Counted from the stretch's first letter, positions 48,349 through 57,482 are shown. The stretch: DNA of 64,000 nucleotides from Candidatus Bathyarchaeota archaeon (GCA_018396725.1 JAGTRC010000005.1:15149-79148); one strand, 5' to 3'. Program-made: numbers and translations. Notes: generated by a model not told the origin, from the sequence alone.

Positions 48349-48770
48349 TTTTGGACACTACATATTTGCTACCTCTTGCGCGGATTGCTATAGACCTTGA
48401 TTTATTGGATGCAATAGCTAAAGGAAAAACTAGTTTAAAGCTCGAGGATGTAGCAGTAAGCTTAATCTCCATATTTGAACTTCAAGCGAAAGCTGCAAAG
48501 CTTATGGTTCCAGCTGAATTTGTAGTTAAAGCTGTAAATGTAATGCTTAATGCTTTTAAGGTTGAATCCTTTTATAACCCTGAAATAATTAAAGTTAGTT
48601 ACGAACTAAAAAAGTTAATTCCAGATTACATAGATTGTGTGGTAGTAGCTACAGCTATTACACTAAAGGAAAGCTTAATTACCGAAGACTCCTTAATTTT
48701 AGCCAACGCTGAAGTGATAAAAAAAGGGTACGGCGTAAACGTGTTAAGCTTTAAGGACGTTGTCAAATAG
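48345..48770 (+). CDS. PIN-domain ribonuclease VapC
   Basis: MILDTTYLLPL start. It is a paralogue of the VapC at 60693-61154 (shared LDTSYLLP, ISIFELxA and DCVVVATA-like blocks). Confidence 0.75.
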   Translation: MILDTTYLLPLARIAIDLDLLDAIAKGKTSLKLEDVAVSLISIFELQAKAAKLMVPAEFVVKAVNVMLNAFKVESFYNPEIIKVSYELKKLIPDYIDCVVVATAITLKESLITEDSLILANAEVIKKGYGVNVLSFKDVVK

Positions 48771-48987
48771 ATTGAAGCTCAAATTTCCATTATAAGGGTC
48801 TGGTTGATGTAAGCCTTCTTTTCATTCTGCCTGGGAGATCCTCAATTGCTACATCTTTTTATCTTTAAGATGAAGCTTTAGAGCTTCTAAAGAGCTGGAA
48901 ATGGATGCCTGAAAAACTATAAGAAGAGTTGCTGAAGGGTATTCTAAAAATGAGCCTTTTACGATTTGCAAAAATTAGAAAAATGCA

Positions 48988-49331
48988 TTAAATACTTCGT
49001 TGGAATAATGTAAACCAATTGGCTTTTGATAATAATTTATGGATTTTTCGCAATTGATAGAAGAAGCCTGCAGGCTTGGGTAACGAGGCTAAAACATCGC
49101 TAATTATCTTCTCGCCTAACTCAATCAATTGATTAGGCGTTAAAATTAGGCTTTGACAAGAGGCTCCAAGCCTTCTGAGGCGTACATCGGCCGTTATCTT
49201 GGAGCCCCTAGCCAAATTCCTATACCAGAGCTTAACTTGGCCATCTTCAAGCAAATAACCATATTTCGCCTTTAGCATGAGAAATTTCTCCAAAATCCTT
49301 TTTAAAGGAGTGGGGCCCCGCCCCGAAATCA
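48988..49331 (-). pseudogene. truncated tyrosine-integrase remnant (N-terminal SAM-like domain only), in frame with the tRNA-Pro 3' half
   Basis: The minus-strand frame is open from inside the tRNA (GSNPASPT is encoded by the T-arm/acceptor) and continues as MISGRGPTPLKRILEKFLMLKAKYGYLLEDGQVKLWYRNLARGSKITADVRLRRLGASCQSLILTPNQLIELGEKIISDVLASL. It stops after about 114 aa and no catalytic domain follows. This is the arrangement produced by SSV-type partitioned integrases. Confidence 0.4.
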
Positions 49332-49370
49332 TGGTGGGGCTGGCCGGATTTGAACCGGCGATCACGTGGG

Positions 49371-49390
49371 TTCCAGACCTCCTGTTGGCT
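49371..49390 (-). other. tRNA intron 1 (canonical 37/38 position, about 20 nt)
   Basis: Its removal gives a 7-nt anticodon loop CUUGGGC flanked by a perfect 5-bp stem. Confidence 0.6.
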
Positions 49391-49422
49391 CCCAAGCCAC
49401 GTAGCCTAGACCAGATTCGCCT

Positions 49423-49455
49423 CGCAGCCCATTGTAACGGGCTGCGATCTAGCAG
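49423..49455 (-). other. tRNA intron 2 (non-canonical, in the 5' region near positions 8/9, about 33 nt); boundaries approximate
   Basis: The region between the acceptor 5' strand and the D-stem is too long. Removal restores U8-A9 and the D-arm. Boundaries are approximate and the bulge-helix-bulge structure was not verified. Confidence 0.4.
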
Positions 49456-49631
49456 ACAGCCCCATCCATTTATTTTCTTTCAGATTTGAAGATCCATTTT
49501 AAAGTTTCTCCCCCTCACGGTGCGGCTCCATGGCTTTTGGGAGGCTTAAAAGATTTATACTTACGGCTTCGACTTTGAATTGGTAAGTCTTAATATTCAA
49601 GTGCAGTCAGGGAGAGGGATGAAGGGGGCGT

Positions 49632-50786
49632 ATGGTCTTGTCTCCAGCCGCGGGGAGGGGGATGTTCCCCAGACGGGGCTACGTGCTCCTCTTAGCGGGT
49701 ATCCTCATAGGATTCCTGGTGTTTGCGTCGATATCATTCGTGTTCAGCAGAGCTGGCCCGGCCGCTGTGGAGGCGGGTATCCCAGGGCGGGTGGAGTTCG
49801 AGTTCCTCTACACGAGCGAGAAGCAGGGGTGGATAGAGGAGGTCACCCCCGGCTTCAGGGAATGGTTCAAGAGCCGTTTCGGCATAGAGGTCTCGGTTAG
49901 ACTCGTGGTCACGGGCTCCCATAAGACCGTTAATCTAATCCTTCTCGGAAGCTCTAAGCCAGCGGCGTGGAGCCCCGCATCGAGCATATGGATACCCTAC
50001 TTGAACGCTAAGTGGAGGAGCTTAGGCCATCCCAGGGATATAGCTGTGGACTGGACTTCGCTGGTGGTCTCCCCCGCCGTGATAGCGGGTTGGCGTTCCT
50101 TCCTGGAGGCCAACGACATCAGGGGCTATAGGGATCTGATAAGGCTCTCGGAGGAGGGGATATCCTTCAGGTACGGCCATCCCGACCCTCAACTCTCGAA
50201 TGGGGGGGTTATGGCTGCGATGCTTGAGTTCGCGGCCGCCACCGGGAAACCCCCTGAATCCCTGACGGTGGGGGATTTAACGGACGAGGATGTCTTATCA
50301 AGGATCGCCGCTTTGGAGTCTAGGGCGGTGGCCTATGGGGAGAGCACGGGCTTCTTCGGGTCGTGGGCCGCCGAGAACGGCCCCGCAGCCATAGATGTCT
50401 TCACTGTATATGAGAGCGTCGTGATCGATAACGCCTTGAAGGCTGAGCGTAAATGGGGCGACCCCCTGGTGGCGGTCTACCCTGAGGACGGTGTACTCCT
50501 ATCGGATCACCCCTATGTCCTCCTGGATGCTGAATGGGTGACCCCGTGGCAGAGGTTCGCAGCCGCGCAGTACCTATTATACCTGCTCACGCCCCAGGTC
50601 CAGGAGAGGGCCCAACTACACGGCTTCAGGCCGGCCAATCCCAGCGTACCCTTGGACAGTGAAATCTTCAATCCATCGAACGGTGTGAAGCTCGACTTGG
50701 AGGTGCCCGTGCTCAGGCCTCCATCCGGGGAGGTCATGGAGGCCATGCTGGGGGCGTGGGTTAAGGTTCGAAACCCGGGCGTCTGA
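49632..50786 (+). CDS. ABC transporter substrate-binding protein (membrane-anchored)
   Basis: N-terminal TM anchor then a periplasmic-binding-protein-like domain. First gene of an SBP-permease-ATPase operon. Confidence 0.65.
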   Translation: MVLSPAAGRGMFPRRGYVLLLAGILIGFLVFASISFVFSRAGPAAVEAGIPGRVEFEFLYTSEKQGWIEEVTPGFREWFKSRFGIEVSVRLVVTGSHKTVNLILLGSSKPAAWSPASSIWIPYLNAKWRSLGHPRDIAVDWTSLVVSPAVIAGWRSFLEANDIRGYRDLIRLSEEGISFRYGHPDPQLSNGGVMAAMLEFAAATGKPPESLTVGDLTDEDVLSRIAALESRAVAYGESTGFFGSWAAENGPAAIDVFTVYESVVIDNALKAERKWGDPLVAVYPEDGVLLSDHPYVLLDAEWVTPWQRFAAAQYLLYLLTPQVQERAQLHGFRPANPSVPLDSEIFNPSNGVKLDLEVPVLRPPSGEVMEAMLGAWVKVRNPGV

Positions 50787-50814
50787 CGCTGTAGGGAGGA
50801 AGCCTTATGTATGG

Positions 50815-52551
50815 GTGAAGCTGGTGGCTGAGTTGGAGCTGAGGTTAGCGGTATCACCATTAACTCGCCGTCGATTAACGGCTTTAGTGGCGGTCTCCTC
50901 CTCCCTGATCGCCTTCGCCGTCCTAATACTCCTCCCCACGATATACCTGGTATCGTTCATATTCACGAATTTCCCCCGGATATACTCAGAGATATTCGCG
51001 CATGAGATAGTGGGCCTGGAGAACTGGATCCAGATAAAGAGGGTTCTCTTCCTCTCCCTCAGGGTCTCAAGCTTGACCGTAGCCTTGGACCTCCTGTTCG
51101 GTATACCCCTAGCCTACATCTTGGCCAAGAAGAGGTTCCCTGGGAGGGCCCTCCTGGAGGACGTGGTCACGTTCCCCCTGGTGCTGCCCACATCGGCCTT
51201 CGGGTTCGCCACCCTGATGGCTTGGACCACCATCACGGGCTTAGGCGGGTTCCTAGGCCTGGGCAGGGGCCTCATAGACGTAACGTTGAGGATCCCCTTC
51301 CTCAGGGTGCCCGTGCTCATATTGATGGTCCATGTGGCCCTCACGCTCCCCTACGTGGCTTTGACTTTGAGGGCTAAGATCATGGAGGTGGAGCCGATGT
51401 ACGAGGAGGCCTCCAGGACGCTGGGCGCACCGCCCCTAACCACCTTTAGGAGGGTTCTACTACCCATGATAACCCCAGGGGTGCTCTCAGGCGCCGTCTT
51501 GGCCTTCGCTAGATCCCTCGGGGAGACCGGGGCCACCCTGGTGGTGAGCGGGGTATACTCCACGGCGTCCATAGCGGTGGTGAGATGGGTCTACGAGTTC
51601 AAGTTCGCCGAGGCGGCCTTCCTGGGGGGGCTCCTGATAGCCATGGCTTGGGGGATAATAATACCCGTGGAGGCCATTGTAGGCCGCCCCGCAGGCCTCC
51701 CCATGTTTAGGCCGGGTAAGCTCGAGGTTAAAACCCATGGGGGCCTGGTGCGCTTCGAGAAGTTCGCGTCGAGGAGGCTCCTACCCTTGAGGGAGATAGC
51801 GGTTTCAGTGGTGATAGGGCTCACGATAATCCTACCGGTGTTGACGGTGCTCAACGCGCTGATCCCATACTGGAGCGCCGACCCGTATACGGGGAGGGTG
51901 GAGGGCGGCATCCTATATCAGCTCTTCGGCCCTCCAAACTATTTCAGGGAGGTGGCGAGGGCCACCTTAACCTCCTTCACGGTGGCGGGCGTCTCAACCT
52001 ACGTATCCGCGTGTCTGGCCGTGCCCCTCACCTATCTGATAGCCCGGAACCCCCTGGGGGGCGTCATAAGATCCCTGCTCAAGATACCCCTAGTGGTCCC
52101 GACATCGGCCCTAGGCCTCTCCATGCTCCTCCTCTGGGGCCCATCGGGATTGAACATGGTTAAACCCGGTGTATGGCTCATCATCCTAACCCATATAGTG
52201 TTCTCGGTCCCGGTGATAGTCGAGCCCACGTTGGCGGCCTACGAGCGTTCCCAGATAATCCTCCTAGAGGAGGCGGCGAGGACCATGGGCGCAACCCCAT
52301 ATGACGTCCTAGAGACGGTGAGCCTCCCGCTCCTCAAGAGGGGCATCCTAGCCGGCTCCATATTATCGTTCACACACTCCCTCGGGGAGACGGGAGCCAC
52401 CTTCATAGTGATGGGCCGAGACATAACGGTGCCCACCCTAGTGGTGAACATGGTCGAATCCCTAGCGATACCCGCAGCCCTCTTCACCTCCACATACCTC
52501 ATAATACTATCCATGGCGATGCTGCTAGCCTTCAAATTCATATCGGGCTAA
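50815..52551 (+). CDS. ABC transporter permease with duplicated (fused) transmembrane domains, FbpB/ThiP-like
   Basis: Two EAA-loop-containing permease halves (ARSLGETGATLVVSG; THSLGETGATFIVMG). About 12 TM. Confidence 0.8.
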   Translation: MKLVAELELRLAVSPLTRRRLTALVAVSSSLIAFAVLILLPTIYLVSFIFTNFPRIYSEIFAHEIVGLENWIQIKRVLFLSLRVSSLTVALDLLFGIPLAYILAKKRFPGRALLEDVVTFPLVLPTSAFGFATLMAWTTITGLGGFLGLGRGLIDVTLRIPFLRVPVLILMVHVALTLPYVALTLRAKIMEVEPMYEEASRTLGAPPLTTFRRVLLPMITPGVLSGAVLAFARSLGETGATLVVSGVYSTASIAVVRWVYEFKFAEAAFLGGLLIAMAWGIIIPVEAIVGRPAGLPMFRPGKLEVKTHGGLVRFEKFASRRLLPLREIAVSVVIGLTIILPVLTVLNALIPYWSADPYTGRVEGGILYQLFGPPNYFREVARATLTSFTVAGVSTYVSACLAVPLTYLIARNPLGGVIRSLLKIPLVVPTSALGLSMLLLWGPSGLNMVKPGVWLIILTHIVFSVPVIVEPTLAAYERSQIILLEEAARTMGATPYDVLETVSLPLLKRGILAGSILSFTHSLGETGATFIVMGRDITVPTLVVNMVESLAIPAALFTSTYLIILSMAMLLAFKFISG

Positions 52552-52724
52552 GCCCTACACGGGGATGGGATAGATGGATGGGTGGAAGCCCCGAGATTTG
52601 GAGGAGCGTAGACGATTGGAGGAACAGACGGGCACGGGTAATAACCCTTTAACTTTAACTTTAATACCCTAACCAACTACTAGTTATAGGGTTTCCCTTC
52701 CATTCCATTTATGGGTGGGGCGAC

Positions 52725-53828
52725 GTGCCTGAAGTGAGGCTTGTAGAGGTGACCAAGAGGTTCGGCGGCTTCACCGCTCTGGATCGCGTGAGCTTCCATG
52801 TGAGGGATGGGGAGTACGCGGCGCTTCTAGGCCCTTCGGGCTGCGGCAAGACCACGGCCCTAAGGATCATAGCGGGGCTGTTGAAGCCCGATGAGGGAAC
52901 CGTATATATAGATGGTGAGGCGGTTAACGATGTCCCTCCTGAGGACAGGGGGATAGGGTTCGTCTTCCAGAACTACGCCCTGTTCCCGCATATGACCCTA
53001 TGGGGGAACACCGTCTACGGCCCCACCATAAGGGGTTGGAACCCGGAGACCGTGAGGAGGCTCGCGAAGGAGATGCTGGCGATGGTGCATCTGACGGGGA
53101 GGGAGGACAGCTATCCCCATGAGTTGAGCGGTGGGATGCAGCAGAGGGCCGCCTTGGCTAGGGCCTTAGCCTCAGGGGCTAAACTCCTATTGTTGGATGA
53201 GCCCTTGGCAGCCCTCCACGCCCGTCTAAGGGCTGAGCTGAGATACGAGCTTAGGAGGCTCGCCGAGGATTTAGGGCTCACCGTAATACATGTGACCCAT
53301 GATCAGGAGGAGGCTATGACCCTATCGGATAAGATAATCGTCATGCGCAGGGGCCGCCTGGAGCAGGTGGGGACGCCGGAGGAGATCTACTTCAACCCTA
53401 AGACCCCCTTCATAGCGAATTTCATAGGGGAAGCCAACTTCTTCGAAGGCTACGTCCTAAAAGAGGCTAGAGAAGGCTTATATGTGACTATAAGGGGCGA
53501 TCTTATACTCCAAGCGTCCGGTGGGGGATTCCATGAGGGGGAGAGGGTGGTCCTAGCGGTCAAGCCGGAGTTCATATCCCTGGAGACCCCCGCCCCCGGG
53601 GACATAAACCTGATACCTGGAAGGATCGAGCGTATCAGGTTCATAGGCAGCTTCATACGCTACGAGGTCAGGCTGGTAAACGAGGACCTGACGGCTGTGA
53701 GGGTAACCGTGGAATCCAAGCCCCATCTGAATGTGGGGGATGAGGTATCCCTAAGGTTCAACCCGGATAGGATACATGTATTCTCTTATCCTAGGGAGGG
53801 GCTCATGGAGGCTACCAAGGTTGAGTGA
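52725..53828 (+). CDS. ABC transporter ATP-binding protein with C-terminal TOBE domain
   Basis: Walker A GPSGCGKTT, signature LSGGMQQR, Walker B LLLDEP, then a TOBE-like C-terminus. Confidence 0.85.
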   Translation: MPEVRLVEVTKRFGGFTALDRVSFHVRDGEYAALLGPSGCGKTTALRIIAGLLKPDEGTVYIDGEAVNDVPPEDRGIGFVFQNYALFPHMTLWGNTVYGPTIRGWNPETVRRLAKEMLAMVHLTGREDSYPHELSGGMQQRAALARALASGAKLLLLDEPLAALHARLRAELRYELRRLAEDLGLTVIHVTHDQEEAMTLSDKIIVMRRGRLEQVGTPEEIYFNPKTPFIANFIGEANFFEGYVLKEAREGLYVTIRGDLILQASGGGFHEGERVVLAVKPEFISLETPAPGDINLIPGRIERIRFIGSFIRYEVRLVNEDLTAVRVTVESKPHLNVGDEVSLRFNPDRIHVFSYPREGLMEATKVE

Positions 53829-53862
53829 GAGGCTGGTCTCGTGGCTGGATAGGAGGCGGCGC

Positions 53863-54492
53863 ATGAAGAGTATAGAGCTCATCCAGAGGCACCTCTCCGC
53901 CACCTCATCCGCGGTGGAGGAGCTCCATAGGGCGATAGAATACAAGGTAAACGGGGATTTAGAGGCCTCGGGTGAGGCCGTCGACCGTGTAGCGGAGTTG
54001 GAGGCTGAAGCCGACCATCTGAGGGATGAGATATCCCTGGAGGTTGCTAAGAGCCCCCTCCCGGCCGGCGACAGGGAGGACCTGCTCCGCCTGATCCGTA
54101 GGGTCGACTGGATAGCGGACTGGGCTAGGGAGGCGGCTAGGATACTCGTATGGACGCCCCTCGATAAGATGCCTAGGGAACTTATCGACATCATGAGGGC
54201 CATGATGGTTAAAGTCAGGGAATGCGTCCTCAACGTGGAGAGATGCGTCAACAGGCTGGGGGTAGACCTCGAGGAGGCCTTGAAGATCGCTGATACGGTT
54301 GAGCGGTTGGAGGAGGAGGTCGATGAGAGGTACCTGGAGGCGAGGGGTATGTATCCAACCCTGGACTATTCGAGGGTAAACCCTGGAGAAGCCATACTGA
54401 TAAGCCAGCTCCTAGACGCTATAGAGTATATAGCTGACTGGTCCGAGAACACCATAGATCAGGTGCGCATAATCGCCATAAGAATAGTCTGA
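53863..54492 (+). CDS. PhoU-like / DUF47-family protein
   Basis: Two helical PhoU-type repeats (E..E..D.LRDEI motifs). Start taken at internal Met MKSIEL; the ORF track extends it to 53776. Confidence 0.65.
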   Translation: MKSIELIQRHLSATSSAVEELHRAIEYKVNGDLEASGEAVDRVAELEAEADHLRDEISLEVAKSPLPAGDREDLLRLIRRVDWIADWAREAARILVWTPLDKMPRELIDIMRAMMVKVRECVLNVERCVNRLGVDLEEALKIADTVERLEEEVDERYLEARGMYPTLDYSRVNPGEAILISQLLDAIEYIADWSENTIDQVRIIAIRIV

Positions 54493-54520
54493 ATGAGCAC
54501 CGGTGCTGGGAAATACCCTG

Positions 54521-54562
54521 AAACCCCACTTTTTATAAAATAAACCCCACTTTTTATAAAAT
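54521..54562. repeat. perfect tandem direct repeat, 2 x 21 bp (aaaccccactttttataaaat)
   Basis: Seen directly in the sequence. Lies in the gap between convergent genes and each copy carries a T5 run. Confidence 0.9.
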
Positions 54563-54735
54563 AAATCTTAAGCAAGAAGGCGGTTTCCCCCTGAAGGGTT
54601 GGCGAGCCGCCCCTCCTGTTTCTCAATATATCCTTGTATGGTTTCTGCTTTTCTGCTGAGACACGCCCCCGCAGCTACAATATCATATGGTAGGGTTGGA
54701 GCCCACGATTTACATGCATATTTTAAAGCTTTTTT

Positions 54736-56010
54736 TTAAAGCTTTGAGCGGCTTACTTGCTCAGCTACGTCAACCAGTTGTTCTGGGCCGAGCTCCTCAT
54801 ATGAGCCTGGAACGCTCGGGGGCTTAGCGGTTGCGCTTATGAGGCCGGCCTTCGGGATTCCATAAGAATGAATGGTTTCAACCGCCTTTTCAGCCTCGCG
54901 TCTTCCAAGCACCCCAATTTTTACCTCGTATCCTATAATGGGATTCTTACCTTTCGAGTCCAGGATAACGATGTCTATGTCGCCTTCGCCGTTGGGCAGT
55001 ATGGTGTAGCTTTTTATCCCCTCCATGTATTCGGCCAGCATCTCCCCCAGGCTGAACTGGAATTCCCTGCCGAAGGCCCTTAAGACCAGGTTGCGGTCGA
55101 CTCTCCTGTGGATTCCCTCAGCGATGTTAAGTTTCTGGTCGGCGTAGTAGATTATGGATAGCAGCGGCGACCTATGCTTGAAATAGTACCTGGAGCCCCT
55201 CGTCCTCCACAACATGACCTTCTCCAGGAGGCCCATTCCGGTAAGCCTTTCCAGCAGCCCGGTAACCGTGGGGAGGCCCCCCGATATCAGACCGTTGGAT
55301 GTCAGGATTCCTGAAATCTCCGCGGGCTTCCAAACCCCCTCCCCAATCAGCCTGAGAACCGCGTCGTAAATCCTCGTCAACGATCTATCCTCCTCCTCGA
55401 AAACCTCCCCGATGAGCCCTGAGGCGGAGGCCAGGAGGCCGTAAGCCTTATCGCAGATCTCCGAGGCTGCATCATCCCCCAGGGACATTATTGGAATAAC
55501 CCATGGGTCGCGGATAATAAGCCCCCACAATAAGGCGTCCTGTAGTGAGGTGCAAACATTCTTGAGCGAGAGGATCGCGTCCGAATATCTTATTAGATCC
55601 AGCTTAAATGGCGTAAACAAGCCTAGGAGGGGGCTTCTCCTGTCGAAGATCTTCTTAAGGATCCCCAAGCTTGAGCCGCTGGCTATGAGCTTTCCACTGG
55701 GATGATGAAGGGCTATCGCCTCCCAGAACTCTTCGGGAAGCCTCTGAAATTCATCCAGCACGACTGCTTCGCCCTTCTTCAGCAGAGCCCCAGCCCGTTT
55801 AACCGCCTCCTCGATGCTCATGTAGGAGGTCTCGCCCCCGCGCTCGGTGAGCACGCGGCCGGGCCTCGTTACTACGAAGTAATGCGCCTTGTCGAAAACC
55901 CTCCTTAACAGAAATGTTTTTCCTGTCTTCCTCCTTCCATAGACCAGTATCCATCCCCTTAGATCCTTTACGGATTCCTCCCTCCTCTTTATTACGATGT
56001 CTTTATCCAT
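54736..56010 (-). CDS. archaeal ATPase (PF01637-like AAA+ with C-terminal DUF234)
   Basis: Walker A GRRKTGKTFLL, Walker B VVLDEF. Start taken at internal Met MDKDIVIK; the ORF track extends it to 56097. Confidence 0.75.
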   Translation of the reverse strand: MDKDIVIKRREESVKDLRGWILVYGRRKTGKTFLLRRVFDKAHYFVVTRPGRVLTERGGETSYMSIEEAVKRAGALLKKGEAVVLDEFQRLPEEFWEAIALHHPSGKLIASGSSLGILKKIFDRRSPLLGLFTPFKLDLIRYSDAILSLKNVCTSLQDALLWGLIIRDPWVIPIMSLGDDAASEICDKAYGLLASASGLIGEVFEEEDRSLTRIYDAVLRLIGEGVWKPAEISGILTSNGLISGGLPTVTGLLERLTGMGLLEKVMLWRTRGSRYYFKHRSPLLSIIYYADQKLNIAEGIHRRVDRNLVLRAFGREFQFSLGEMLAEYMEGIKSYTILPNGEGDIDIVILDSKGKNPIIGYEVKIGVLGRREAEKAVETIHSYGIPKAGLISATAKPPSVPGSYEELGPEQLVDVAEQVSRSKL

Positions 56011-56012
56011 TA

Positions 56013-56046
56013 TATTCTCCACAGAATATTCTCCACAGAATATTCC
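56013..56046. repeat. tandem direct repeats, 2.4 x 14 bp (tattctccacagaa), between a putative TATA box and the ATPase start codon
   Basis: Seen directly. For the minus-strand gene they lie at about -3 to -36 from the ATG, with a TATA-like tttata just upstream (plus-strand 56047-56052). Confidence 0.85.
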
Positions 56047-56638
56047 TATAAACTTTATGTGAAGAAGACTCTTTCCCCATTCGATCCCGTTGATCAAGGG
56101 CCGCCATATTAATCACTCCACAGCGGAATCCCAAGACCATGTAACCAAATGGATAGAGTGCGCGAACTTGATGGGCTTCGTAATTCACGGGTTCAAAGCC
56201 AGCTGTGCTGCCGACGAGATGTTAGGGGGGAGGGTTAGCGTAATGCCGTAATACATAAATTATAAAAACCTGTAGTTGAGGTCACAGAGCGATAAAACGT
56301 TAAGCTAGGGATCGAGGGAATCGAAATATTAGGAAGGAATAATATATATGGATCACCGAGATAATGGAGGGCTCCGCGGACACGCCGCTTCGAGGCTACA
56401 GGCATCCATCAGGTATACATCCATGGGGGTATAAGGGTTCAAACCTGAAATTTTATGGGCCAGAAATACTCCTACGATACACCGGTTACGCTGCAGATTA
56501 AATGAGTGGAGTGAAATATCTTTAAATGTGGGGATGCAGCCCTGCTCGGATGGGGGTTTGAACACTGGAATATGCTGTGGAACCTCCATGTGAGATGCCC
56601 ATAGCTGCACTGAAACCTCTTAATGAATCTAAATAGGG

Positions 56639-57460
56639 GTGGAGGATGGGATGGGGATCGAGTCTCGTAAAGGTTTCCGCATAATTGTATGTGTGAAACA
56701 GGTCCCGGAGACCACGGAGGTTGAGATCGATCCGGAGACTGGAACCCTTAGGAGGGAGGGGGTTCCAGCCGTGGTTAACCCGTTCGACCTCCACGCGATC
56801 GAGGAGGCCGTGAGGATTAAGGAGAGGCATGGAGGCGTAGTCACAGCCATAAGTATGGGGCCTCCCCAGGCCGAGTCGGCGGTCAGGGATGCCCTGGCCC
56901 TGGGCTGCGACGAGGGCATCCTCCTGACGGACAGGACCTTCGCCGGCGCGGATACCCTGGCGACCGCCTATACTTTAGGTCGGGCCATCCGCAAGCTGGG
57001 GGTCTTCGACCTGGTGATATGCGGGATGAAGACCACGGATGGGGATACGGCGCAGGTCGGCCCTGAACTGGCTGAGGAGCTGGGGATACCCCATGTAGCC
57101 TACGTGAACGGGATAAGGGAGCTCACGGAAAGCCACATGGAGGTTGAGAAGCTCATGGAGGATGGACTCGAGGTCATAAAGGTGCCTCTACCATGCCTCA
57201 TAACGGTTACGAAGGGGATAAACGAGCCCCGCCTCCCCTCCTTGAAGGCTAAGCTCCAGGCTAGGAGGAGCCCGATAACCATCTGGGGATCAGGGGACCT
57301 CGGAGGGGATCCTTCACGCTACGGCCTGACGGGTTCGCCGACCCGGGTGGTCAGGGTGTTCACGCCGGAGCCCCATGGGAGGGGCGAGATCATAACGGGC
57401 AATCCGGGGATGCAGGCGGGGAGGCTCCTCGAGAAACTCATGGAGTTAAGGCTGATATGA
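56639..57460 (+). CDS. etfB: electron transfer flavoprotein beta subunit (EtfB/FixA)
   Basis: IVCVKQVPETTEVEIDPETG N-terminal signature. Confidence 0.85.
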   Translation: MEDGMGIESRKGFRIIVCVKQVPETTEVEIDPETGTLRREGVPAVVNPFDLHAIEEAVRIKERHGGVVTAISMGPPQAESAVRDALALGCDEGILLTDRTFAGADTLATAYTLGRAIRKLGVFDLVICGMKTTDGDTAQVGPELAEELGIPHVAYVNGIRELTESHMEVEKLMEDGLEVIKVPLPCLITVTKGINEPRLPSLKAKLQARRSPITIWGSGDLGGDPSRYGLTGSPTRVVRVFTPEPHGRGEIITGNPGMQAGRLLEKLMELRLI

Positions 57461-57482
57461 GCCTCAGGGGAGGGTTCCAGGA

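Larger units (their letters stand above)
49332..49463 (-). tRNA. tRNA-Pro (anticodon UGG) with two predicted introns
   Basis: Acceptor GGGGCUG pairs with CAGCCCC, followed by A and encoded CCA. T-arm GCCGG-UUCAAAU-CCGGC. Anticodon stem CGUGG/CCACG with loop CUUGGG|intron|C. D-arm GGCG-AAUCUGGUCUA-GGCU. The gene is 132 nt and about 79 nt after removing the introns. Confidence 0.7.

Noticed and set aside
48988-49395. The ORF-track TTG 'start' at 49395 for the 135-aa ORF
   Set aside because: That TTG lies inside the tRNA anticodon region. The open frame upstream of the tRNA 3' end is a consequence of the att site being embedded in an integrase reading frame, not a real translation start.
54521-56046. 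Tandem direct repeats considered as a CRISPR array
   Set aside because: Only about 2 copies each, with no spacers of regular length and no cas genes. They are 14-21 bp tandem duplications rather than 25-37 bp repeats interspaced by unique sequence.
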